From contig NC_089429.1 in the NCBI RefSeq assembly GCF_026210795.1, positions 1 to 64,000 of the forward strand: DNA of 64,000 nt. Reading direction: 5' to 3'. How positions within the stretch are numbered: the stretch's first letter is position 1; each line of letters begins with the position of its first letter. The position numbers were made by a program, and so were the translations under genes. The DNA comes from Rhizophagus irregularis. Taxonomy: Eukaryota. The notes below the pieces were generated by a model. The model saw nothing but the letters and a program-made list of their open reading frames with translations, was not told the DNA's origin and ran no database searches. Below, piece by piece: positions 34,923 to 46,600 of the stretch.

Positions 34923-36499
34923 CACTGGTCAAAAACTAGGATAAACATAGCATGAGCTTGAATTTTATTAATTAATGCCGAAGTAACTTTAGAGAAACAC
35001 AGAGTGATCTATAAAGTACCGCAACAAGTGCAGAACTAATAGAAAAACAAAGAACAAATAATCTTCCGAAATTACAAATATGTAAGAAAAGCTAAGATTA
35101 AAAACCCCACCCTCTCTATATAAATAACTACGGCTACTCCCCCCAAATATATTTCAAAATGAGTAAAGTCGACTATGCTATACGTAACCCATCCAGCGCC
35201 GTACCCACTCCTAGAATCGGTAAAGAACCTCCGAGCTACCATTAGCACTATCAGAAATACCTAAAATTCAATTTCCCCTATTTGACTACATACTATGGAT
35301 AACAAACCTATTTCACAAAGACTCAGAACTTTTTAGGCCGTCAGGAAATACCCAGCCCGATGGGGAACTTTTTAGTGTCGTGCAATCCCCTAAGGGACAC
35401 CCACCTCATTACGAACGATCCCAAACGGAGGACACCCACCTCATTGCGAACGATCCTTCGACCTAAGATCTACCTAGATAAGTCAATCCAATGATAGTCC
35501 AACATGTGACCACCATGATCGGCATATCACAAAAACTGCGGTACCCAACCTGTCACCCCCCTTATCACCCGAATGATGATCGATTTTGAAAATTAGTAAC
35601 ACCAAGCCACCATGACGATCAAATTTTCCAGTATCCCCCACCCCCCAAAGAAAATAAGGTTACACCGAAAAAAGCGACCAAGAAAAACAAAAAGCAAAAA
35701 ATAAAAACATAAACCTCAGGAAAACTCGAAGTGCAATGAGAAAAACCTGAGTAAAAAACACCAAGCATACACCTCATCTCCGTCTCCTTATTTTAGAAAA
35801 CTAACTCCCCAGTTAACAACATCAACTAGCAAGAAATACGTTGGTCAAGAGCTCCTTCCAAAAAATACCAGTCCGGCCTGCGAACCACTTGGCCAGTTAG
35901 ACTTTAAAGGCGTAGGAACCAAGACGCACTACTTTTCAACCTTTCAGAAAGCCCAGGGGAACGTTCGTATGGAACTGCCATCTTACAGTATTATTGGTAA
36001 CTCCAAGACTCATGATAACGGTCCTAACTCAATATAAGTCATAAGAAGTCCGGGCGAAACTAAAGACCTCGGTAATAACTTCATATAACGTCGAAAAGTC
36101 CTTTTACTATCACTCAAGGCAAAAAATCCTCATATTTTTCATCCATAACTTCATGGGAAAAAATGGGCAGAGCCCAACGGGGGAGAAAGTACGATCATCA
36201 CTACTACTGGTCAAAAACTAATATATCGGGTAGCAGATATATATCAGATATGTACCTGATATATGTAGTATTAATGCTGAAAATCGGGTACCCGATATGT
36301 GTAAAATATGTGTAAATATATATATCGTCTACATATCATTTACATATCATATACATATCAGTACCCGATATGTATACGATATATATATTTACACATATCT
36401 TACACATATCAGGTACCCGATTTTCAGCATTAATACTACACATATCAGGTACATATCTGATATATATCTGCTACCTAATATATTAGTTTTTGACCAGTG
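34923..36499. mobile_element. CACTG-terminal fold-back MITE (~295 bp) interrupted in its left TIR
   Basis: CACTGGTCAAAAACTA...TAGTTTTTGACCAGTG with a TAT 3-bp TSD. Positions 36206-36498 form a near-perfect palindrome with arms of about 120 bp. Confidence 0.85.
34939..36205 (-). mobile_element. Non-coding retroposed insertion (LINE 3' region or SINE-like) with 15-bp TSD
   Basis: ACTGGTCAAAAACTA is duplicated at 34924-34938 and 36206-36220. The insert has higher GC and strand skew, and an AATAAA on the minus strand near 34965. Confidence 0.65.
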
Positions 36500-37889
36500 T
36501 ATATGTCATAAAATAAATTGCTTAGCAGTGTAAAAAATTTATGGGTTAGATAAAAGTTTGCTTAGCAGACATGAAAAATATTTGCTTATTGACCTTAGTA
36601 AATTTTGAATTTTTTATCTGATTTATATATATATTGTTCGGGATCCTCTAATAATGCATACAGTAGAATCACACAGATAAATACATTACTGCGCCAATCA
36701 GGTGAACATTCACTAATAAAGTATTTTATTTGGATCATTTATTCATTTTTATACCATTTATCATATTATGTCGACTAAAGATAAGCACTAAAATAAATAC
36801 GATTTTGCAGGTCAAAGTTAAAAGCGAAAGTGAACCGAAAAAGTCAATAAGAATTAGATGTTAAATGAAATATCTACATTTAATCTAGTTATTGAGTAAA
36901 AAATGGTTCTCTTTTAAATAATATATTAATCATAAATGGAGTCAAATCCCAGCTCATTTGATTAAGTTCAGATACTATATTATTAGCAAAGTAACGCCTG
37001 ATTGCAGCGATATTTTTCTTCCAAATAAGTACTTTAATCAAATTTTCACTTTTATGATTTTTATTAACAAAATAAATAAATCTATTTAGAGTTTCCTTTA
37101 AATAAAAATAGAACTTATCGAGAATACGTGCAGCTTGCTTTAATTCTTCTGTATTAAATTTCAAAAATGGGCAAATTTCTTGTTGTTCAACAACTGATTC
37201 GATGCAAATTAATTTTCTAAATCATCGGTAGTTAGATCTTCATGAAACAATTCATTAAAGTCAGGAATTTCTTTATTACAAAAATTTTTTGCCAATTTGG
37301 CTAAATTTGTTTTAAGTTATTCATAATTTCTGTAAAGCACTAATTAAAAATTTTTTTCTATACCGACTAAATTTTTTTTAACTATTTTTTAATCATGAAT
37401 TTTTTGAATTGATCTTTATAAATAATTTTTTTAAATTGTTACATGATTAATTTGGTAATGTTACTTTTAATTATGGTATTATGTTATTTTAAAAACAATT
37501 CTATTAATTTCGATTGAAAACATTTTTTTCTGAGTCAATTAGATAATGAGAAAATTTCAAAATTTGAATGTTCTAGTTTCATATTTCAAGCAAACTTAAA
37601 TTTTATTTCTAAACTTGAATTATTTGATCGCATTCAAATTTTATTTGTTTCACTAATGCAAGTAGTATTGCATAAAGTATGCTTGTGACAATATTTAAAT
37701 TTGCAGTTTAATAAAAAACAAAAGCCATAAAATTCAATTTCATTTTCCTTTATTTCATGATTTTCCAAAATACAGTCACAAGCACTACACCTTTTGAGTT
37801 TATTTTCACTTAGTATTCTCCTATAATTGTGATGTTTTGCTTCTTTCATATTTCATATGTTTCTTTATACTTTTTTTTTCCTTAAATAA

Positions 37890-38870
37890 TTTATCATGCA
37901 TTGTGTATTAGTATTACTAATTACGAGTGATGAGAAATTTATTTCTTTAAAAACTTTTATTTTATGTCACTAAATATAATGAGTTGTATAATCAAATAAT
38001 ACAAATATAAATATTATTACTAATACTTTCATTGAAATCTTTGAATTTCAACTCAATGTATTATTTTTTTAACATGTATTATTATAATTATTATAGCATT
38101 ATCTTAAATAAACATAAAATTATGATCAGTCAAAATTTTATCATGCATTGTGTATCAATATTACTAACTACGAGTGATAAGAAATCTATTTCTTTAAAAA
38201 CTTTTGAGAGATTTATTTTATGTCACTGAATATAATGAGTTATATAATCATAAATAATACGAATATAAAATATTATTACTAATAATACTTTCATTAAAAT
38301 CTTTGAATTTCAACTCAATGTATTATTTTTTTAACATGTATTATTATAGTTATTTTAGCATTATCTTAAATGAACATAAAATTATGATCAGTCAAAATTT
38401 TTATTAGTATTTTCATTAAATTCATTGAATTTTTTAAAAATTATAATATGTATTATGCAATGGAATTATAATTAACTCACTAATTATTTAGTCGCTAAAG
38501 CAATAACATGAATTATTGTAATTATTTTAGCATTGTCATTAAAAGGAATTAACAATAAAACTGTAGATTTATGATCAATCAAAATATTTTATTAGTATTT
38601 TCATTAAATTCATTGAATTTTAAATAATTATAATGTGTATTATGTAATAAAATTATAATTAATTCACTAATTATTTAGTCGCTAAAGCAACATCATGTAT
38701 TATTGTAATTATTTTGGCATTATCAATAAAAAATTAAATTTGATTCCAATAAAAAACGTAAATTTATGGTCAATCAAAATATTTTATTAGTATTTTCATT
38801 AAATTCATTGAATTTTCTAAAAAACTATAAAGTGTATTATTTAATAAAATTATAAATAACTCACTAATTC
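37890..38870. repeat. AT-rich tandem duplications (two ~245-bp units followed by about three ~190-bp units)
   Basis: Recurrent blocks TTTATCATGCATTGTGTAT...ACGAGTGAT and TTAGTATTTTCATTAAATTCATTGAATTTT...CACTAATTATTTAGTCGCTAAAGCAA. Confidence 0.75.
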
Positions 38871-38893
38871 TTTGGTTGCTAGATCAATATAAA

Positions 38894-39334
38894 ATGCAAA
38901 ATAATTCGATTTATCTAATACCAAACGGGTACATTCCAATTTTGATTGAAAAATCTTTATTAAAAAATCACGAAAAAGCAGTAAAATCGGTCGATAAATT
39001 TATGATGCCTTTATATGTATGGGATAGATTTAAAGTAAATAGTATAAAGAAAACACCAAATGCGTTTATTTTATTTAGAAATGAAAAATTTAAAACTGTG
39101 AGGATGAGTAATTCAAATTGTTCATCACGCGAAATTTCAAAAATAATTGGAAATATGTGGAAACAAATGTCAGAAGAAAATAAATTACCATATCAACGAA
39201 AAGCAAATGAAATAAAACACAACCATGCATCAATTTGTAAATATAATAAATTTTTTAATAATTTAAAACGACGTGATTACAAAAATTATAAAGAAAATAT
39301 CTCATCGATAAAAAAATTGCTTTATTTAATTTAA
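38894..39334 (+). CDS. MATA_HMG-type HMG-box protein
   Basis: IKKTPNAFILFRNEKFKTVR...SSREISKIIGNMWKQMSEENKLPYQRKANEIKHNH matches the sequence-specific HMG-box consensus. The first ATG is at 38894. Confidence 0.9.
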   Translation: MQNNSIYLIPNGYIPILIEKSLLKNHEKAVKSVDKFMMPLYVWDRFKVNSIKKTPNAFILFRNEKFKTVRMSNSNCSSREISKIIGNMWKQMSEENKLPYQRKANEIKHNHASICKYNKFFNNLKRRDYKNYKENISSIKKLLYLI

Positions 39335-39576
39335 AAGTCATTTCACTATTGTTTCAATAATGCAATTGATATATAATTGATGACTGGAACACATAATCTT
39401 TAGTAATTATCACTTAAGAATCATTATTCTTGTGTATAAAATTTGTATAAATACATAATTTGTGTTTCATTCTAAGAAAGTTCTTTAACAATTCATATAA
39501 TACATTAATACGACATTGCATCAAAATCTATAAATATTTAAATAAATCATAAATTGTCGAAACTAAATTTAAAAAG

Positions 39577-41681
39577 ATGACTTTAACACCGCCTCCCGAA
39601 AAATTTTTTGCAACAATTAATGATATTCCTGATGAAACGACAGCAACAATTAATGAGCTTCTTAATGATATTGATGCACGTCAATTCTTTAATACTGTAG
39701 TTACTACATTAAATAAATATAGTATAGGTTCGAATAATTATCGTATTGTACCTTCGGTATCAGCGTCTTCTTATTATGCATTGCAAAATCATGGTTACAT
39801 ACTTCCTAAAAGCTCTTTAGATATCAAAATTAAGTTTGGAGGTAAAATGAAAAAGTACAAAATAATGTTTGATGACAAGAAAAAAAATGAAAAAATAACT
39901 CAAGATAAGGAAGATGATCCGATTGCAAAAACTATTATGTACCGATGTACGATATTGAAGGTCTACCTGTACTTGCAGAACTATTAGCTAATGCCGTCAT
40001 GCTAACTGATGATACAGTCAAGCAACGATTAACTTGGTTAGAATCAAATGAAACTACATTTAAAACTAACAAAAGAAATGAACAACAAACAACAATTGAA
40101 GGTCAAATAAAATGCTTGATTGAAGATCTGACAGATTATTGGAAAAATGATCAAACAATTGGATGGCAAAAATTAATACGAAATTTTATACTTGGATTTG
40201 AAATGCACTCGTATTACGAAAATATAGTATCCAAAAAAAGCAATAAAAAAAATAAAAGAAAAAATGCATCTGACACTAATGAATCTAATTCTGTTAAACC
40301 AAAGGAATGGGATTTTGTCAAAAAAAACGTTGAAATTTACTCCAAATGCATAAACACAATAATGAAAAGTAATCAAATAATTGACGTAATCAATAAGACC
40401 GCAAAGGATTTGAATCCTGATACAGAGGATTATAATTTTCAAAATGCTGTCAGGGAAATAACATCAAAAATTAAAGATAGCATGAAATTTTCGTATTTAT
40501 TGTATTATTTTGTATTGATGTTCAGTTACGTTGCATTAATTTCTCCACCAACAACAGATCAAGCCAAACTACTTAAATATCTAAAATTAAAAGATTTTAA
40601 TGAAATAATCGAAAAATTTAATCATTTAAAAAGCAAACCTTTAGGAAAAGATATTATTCAAGTTAATAATGTTCATGGAAAAAATATATTGAACGTTATT
40701 TTAAATTGTGCCAAAAGACTTAATATAAATAATGAAAAATTAAAGAATGGTTTGATTATGATTAATAATAATTATTTGTTCAGAGTCTATAGTGATCCTA
40801 TAAAAAATAGCAATGACAAAAGTGCTAAAAAAGCAAGATTAGCCTTTAATGCATTCGGGACAGATACTGAATCAGCGACATCCAGTTCGACAAATAATAG
40901 TAGAAATGATCGATGGAGGAGAAATGGAAATCAACGTCAGAACGAATTAGAACATTATAAAAGTCAATTCGAGGCACTCCAAAGCGAGTTGAATAATATA
41001 AAAGCTGATAAGAACTAATCGCGGAAGAATTGCAAAACCGGAGAGGAAAGCAAATAAGTATTTGAATCGTGTAAATCATGACGAAGATGAATTATTGCAT
41101 TATCCGCTTGAAGAGTATAACTCAGAATACGATAGCAGAAATATAATAGGTCGACACGAGGCGCAGCATGCTGTATCAAATATTTATGGTGTGCAATTAG
41201 AGGATTATTCATTTGGTGGAGAATTCAATCCAGATCAAAAGAGTGATATGCATAATAAAATAGTAACGAACTAACGATTATTAATGGTTTAAATCAGGAA
41301 ACAATCGAAGAAATAAATAATGCAGCAAATCATATGATACAAAATGAAATGGCACAGTTAAGCATTCCACACGAAGACAAATCAATTATTTCCAATTATC
41401 AAGTTTTATTTAAATTTGTAAAAGATAATAATTTTGAAATAGTTAGTAATAAATATAAAGAAAATTATAGCTCAGCAATCACAGATTTCCGTGAAAATAT
41501 AACTGATCAGCAAAAGAAGATTTACGATGATACGGTAGAACTTTTGAAGAGTAAATCAGATGAAAATCCTTATTTAAGATTCCGTAGTGAATCAGATATA
41601 GATCTTATATTAGGCAATGAAACTATAGAATTGTGTACAAATCAGAGGCATTTTACAAAGATTCAAAATCAGATGACATGA
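39577..41681 (+). pseudogene. Intronless orphan coding region broken into four ORFs (39577-39987, 39945-41018, 41062-41274, 41334-41681)
   Basis: Consecutive or overlapping same-strand ORFs with protein-like composition; no motif recognised. Confidence 0.5.
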
Positions 41682-41870
41682 GTGAATCGGATTAGGCATG
41701 ATCTGCAAAGTACAATTCAACAATACTTCTGAAAAAACAATACGTTTAAATTTATAAATAGAATATTTTTTCACTTCCTTTTTTACAAATTTTTTTCTGA
41801 ATTTTATACAAATATTATATTTATTTATTTCAGTATATTGAATAAATTTATTTAAATAAAAAAAATAACT

Positions 41871-42374
41871 ATGGATACTGAAATTTTTAATTTGTTAAAT
41901 GATTTCAACGATCTAACTATAAGTAATGACGATGATGAAGACTTTGGAGATGTAGAATTAAATGAAATTTATGATGAGACCCTGAGTAATCTGCCGGATA
42001 AGTACAATGACTTAGTAGAGGCAGTTTTCGAAATTATCAATAAAGTTCCCACATTTACTGCAGAAATAGTCGATAACGTTATTATTCTTGATAATATTTT
42101 ATTTGGATTAAATCCACAATTAGACGATGACAATGTATCAATTAAGGCAATACTCCGATTATCCGAATTTCACAAAAGAAAAATCCCACAAAGAAGTGAT
42201 CCAAGTTGGTGGGAAGAGAAATGTTCCAAATTCGAAGATTTAATGATCCATTTGTGCTCTACAAGCAATGACTTCAAAAATTATGATAAAAATGATGAAA
42301 GTTTAATTAGGAACGAAATTGTTGATTTTGCGAGTAAAATAGTACAGAAAGAATACGAATTTAAGGGTAAATAA
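41871..42374 (+). CDS. Hypothetical acidic protein (167 aa)
   Basis: Intact ATG-to-stop ORF in very AT-rich DNA; no motif recognised. Confidence 0.55.
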   Translation: MDTEIFNLLNDFNDLTISNDDDEDFGDVELNEIYDETLSNLPDKYNDLVEAVFEIINKVPTFTAEIVDNVIILDNILFGLNPQLDDDNVSIKAILRLSEFHKRKIPQRSDPSWWEEKCSKFEDLMIHLCSTSNDFKNYDKNDESLIRNEIVDFASKIVQKEYEFKGK

Positions 42375-42411
42375 ATATCTCATTATTACTTTTTCTTGTT
42401 ATTTTATAATC

Positions 42412-43601
42412 ATGGATATTCTCGCGAATTCAGAAATTAGTTATGAGGATTATGATAAACTAAGATCCAAATTATTTGAGTTCGCAAAGTATAACAACTA
42501 TCATGTTGAAAGAAAAGATGAGGAAATGTAGGGATTAACTTTTTTATATTATTTTAAATTACTTACTTAATTCTTTTATAGTGAACATTTATGTAAGGAA
42601 ATTGAAAATTTGCAAGAAGATATCATTGATTATGACAATAAAATGAAATCGGTTAGCAAGTTAGCAAGTTTTCATGTTTTTTTTATTGAATAAATTTGCA
42701 ATTACTAATTGTTTTTATAGGCTTTAAATGATGTCAAAACAACAAGTACTATGTACAATAATCTTTTATTGCAATATAACGATCTCGAGAATTCCTATCT
42801 TACTCTAGATAAGGTACAGTATACAAAGCAAATCATCTAAAAGCATTTTTTTCATTATTTATATTTAGGAAGCGATTGAAAGGCAAGCGAAAATAATGCA
42901 AGATTTAAAAGATAAAAAAGATAAAATTTCAGGCTTAGAGAAAAAATTAAATGATAGTTTGAAAGAAAAAAAAGTAATTCAAAGTGAATGTAATCGGCTT
43001 AAAATTTTGAATTGTAATTCCAAACTAATAAGTGAAAAAAATGCTCGAATTCAACAACAACAATATGAAGACATAGTTAAAATTTATCAATCTGAAATAA
43101 AGAATCTTGAAAATATTCTAGGTAAGAAGAGTAATGATTATGAAGATATATTGTCTCGATATAACATACTTATTGATGACTACGAGCAGTTGAAAATGCA
43201 TAAAGTAATCAGTTAATCACTTGAGTATAGCTTTTTTAACAAAAAATTTTAGGAAAGTTATAGTTATATTGGAATAAATACCAAATCCTTGCATGGCGAA
43301 TTGCAAAACAATTACTTCACGTAAGTTTAATAAAAATTACGATTATTAAAATAACAAATTTATTGATTTATTTTTTATTAAAGTTGAAAACCAAAAGTTG
43401 ATTAAAAAAATCAACTTGTTACAAACGAAAAATAATGAAATGAAAAGTAAGTTATTTTATCAGAATTTCATTTAAATTTAGCATTCTAATTTTATGGATT
43501 GAAACCTATTTTTAGATACAATTGAAAGAAATACTAGCCGTTTAAATAAAATTGAAATTTTAATTTCAAACATTTATAAAGATTTGAATAATAAAAAATA
43601 A
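42412..43601 (+). CDS. Multi-exon coiled-coil protein, possibly frameshifted in a late exon
   Basis: ATG at 42412, about six short GT-AG introns and heptad-rich exons, including the ORF at 42896-43216. The exon phase near 43253-43320 does not join cleanly. Confidence 0.55.
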
Positions 43602-46600
43602 GTAACTATTTGGGAGGGTTAAATATGCTTAATTGACCTCAATCAGCATGTTGTAATTACTAAAAAATGCAGTAAAAGTGAAGATAATAAAATGCATTGC
43701 AGTATAATAATAATAGAAATCAAGACATACGTTACCGTTAACGTTAAGGAACAAATCCCATAACTTTCAATATTTCCATCACCTGGTTACCATAGGCAAC
43801 GGCTTACTTATCGATGAAGACGGTTAACTTTACCACTTGAAAAAATCTATTAACCTACTGACATGTCTATGAATCATATTTTTTGCTTACTAGGCTATGA
43901 TTATAATGAATATTTTTGACTAAATATATTTCACAGCACAATACAATCAATACAGTAGATTCGCAAACAATACTGAGATCAATAATACCGCCGACATAAT
44001 CGGTTATATAAAAATATTTGCTAGTTACGTATAGCACTCAAATAAAATGAATAATTTATCAATCATACTGCTTCCTTTTTCTTTTTTACCCTTCAGTGAG
44101 GCATTAACACACTATAGCAAAGTAAAGATAAACTGCGGAAATTACTGTTATTTAGTAATAATCGCAATATTGGTTGTATCAGCAATATTATTATATGCCT
44201 GTTGTTATGCTTGCCTAAGACAATTTTTTATAAAACATAAAGTAATCATCAATCAGTGATCATAATAGAAATTTATGCATGGCTCGATGAACTAAACACA
44301 TTACACATTTGATCATCATCAAAAAGTATCGATTTAGTTTCAGGAAACTTTAAAAAGAGTTATTTTATCAATTGATGTATTAAACCCAAAGTGTGGATTT
44401 AATCATTGTCTTACAATACTTTAATTAAAAAAGTAAATTTTGTTTTTCATATTTTATTTATTTTTAAAATGTAATGGTTGTTTCAAATTGACCCAAAGCG
44501 TGGATTTCCATGGATTGTTAATCATTCTATTTTTAGTCTAAAATTTTAAAAGCGTGGAAATGTTGATCATTTTGAATTTATAAATCACGTAATATAATGC
44601 TATAAAGGTACTACCATTAAAAGCCTTCACTGTCTGTGAAGTCTAGATTGGAGTAGACACATACACGCGCATCATTACCACTTTGACAACAAGAACACGG
44701 TTCAGTTAATGAACTTAAGTCTATTGTACTGAAAACATATGTGAATAAAATGTCTATATAACAATTCGGTGACAATTGTTATTATTCCAAAACAAAACAG
44801 TATGTTTCTATTTTAAACTTTACTTTGAACCCAATATTTAATTTGACTCAGATGGGATGCAACATCTAGCAAAAACAGAGTATTAGAATCAAAAATCAAT
44901 AATTTTAAGTTTCGAAATTATAACTTCAAACCGCTTTTTTTTTAAAAAAAAAGAAACGTTAACGTTTCACTTCTTTTGAGAAATGATTATCATATCCTTG
45001 ACTTGAATCGCATCTTCATTATGAAAATACTAAAATATATACAGAATGGATTACGTTAAGGGTGGCGCAAATGTTAGGCCGTGTTTTCTTGAAGGGTTCA
45101 GCATTAGATTTTTGAAACTGTGTACTTTGGATATTTTGATGCACTATAAAGGAGTGCTATTTTTATTCTTTGTTATTGTTTAATCGAAACGTTTTCTTTA
45201 ATCTTTTTATTATTCTCTTTTTTAGATGATCAGCTCTCTATACGCGTAGAATTTCAACGGGAACCGGTCTCTCTTAATTTTTATGGGAATCTCGTAGGAG
45301 TTTTTACTTAAAATTTATTCGTTTAAAATTAACTTTATAATATAAGAATATTTCTTTGAAGAAACGTTTATTAATTTATTAACGCTTCTATTTTAATCCT
45401 TTTTTTAGATGGACCTATGATATCGATGGAGAGAGAGTAAAAGTATCTTACTAAAATGGAATCGGATGATGTTATCGTAAGACCGTTAAACAGAAGAAGA
45501 TAATCGACCAGGGAAGCGACCGGACAATTCAAGGTGGATATCGATTTTTATATTATTTTTTTTTTAACGACGAAACAATCGTTATTTTTCTTTTCTTTTT
45601 AGGCGATCTATACATCGGATCTCTGGAGGTGGATATTTTTTTTTAAAAAAATAAAGATTTCTTTTTAACGAATCGATTATTAACGTTTCGTTACTTTTCT
45701 TTTTTTAGGTGGTCGGTAGAAGTGTGTTAACGAACTATTTCTTTTATTGAAACGTCGTTTCATTTTCTTTTATTTTAGTAGTAGTTCGGACTTTTGATAG
45801 ATTTAATATAGATTTTTCAAATGTATTTTATTAATTATTATTGATGTAATAAAACCACATTTAATAATAAGTAATCTAACTTTATATAATTATCATTTTT
45901 TAACAATACCGATGATGATTGTTAATTTATCCATCGATACTACTCGACGAGTCCGATTATTATCGATATATATTATGTAACCCTCCCGATATTGGCTAAG
46001 CACCTTACGACATTTTTAGCCTTTCTTATTATTATTACCAAAAGAATCATTGTAACTGTTGTATCATGACCATAATTCATTTGAATGCACAAAATTATAA
46101 ACCGGTTTTTAAAAATATGTAAAAAAAAAAAAAAAAAAAATTTTATTGAATATTTTTTATTGGGTTAGTTTAAATATTTAATATGTAAAATTAAAACATT
46201 TTAAAAAAATTTGGAAAGTTTGGCCAATCAAATTTCAAATTTTAATCATGTGGTGGTGGTCAAGAACGAAAAAATGCAAATTATTTTTAAACTTAAAAGT
46301 AGGAATAGGGAATGACAAAGAACCAAGAAATCATAAGAATTTTTGTTTTTATGTTTAAAAAAAGTATTCATTGATGTCATTTAAAAATATAAAAATAGTT
46401 AGATCCTGTCCTGTAACACTAATAATAAATCATGCCTATCATGTCATGATTGTTGATCAATGATATGTCAAAAATTTTTAATTCATTTAAAAGAAATAAA
46501 AGAAATAACACTATTTACTCTTTGTCGGACTTAATGAGATATTTAGTCCGAGAACTTAAACCAATTTTATCTACTGTAATAAGTTTACACCTTTTCATAT

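Larger units (their letters stand above)
33977..36647. mobile_element. Non-autonomous TIR element with 8-bp TSD (hAT/MULE-like class not resolved)
   Basis: TIR AGGA(C/T)CCCGAACAATATATATA at both ends; CTAATAAT is duplicated at 33969-33976 and 36648-36655. Confidence 0.85.

Noticed and set aside
36297..36533. 78-aa ORF
   Set aside because: It lies within the palindromic MITE and has low-complexity Y/I/T composition.
38894..39334. HMG gene as a mating-type locus
   Set aside because: MATA-HMG genes are highly multicopy in these fungi, and no homeodomain pair or conserved MAT flanking genes are present.
44047..44259. 70-aa hydrophobic Cys-containing ORF resembling a small membrane protein
   Set aside because: It is plausible, but length and hydrophobicity alone are not sufficient in AT-rich DNA.
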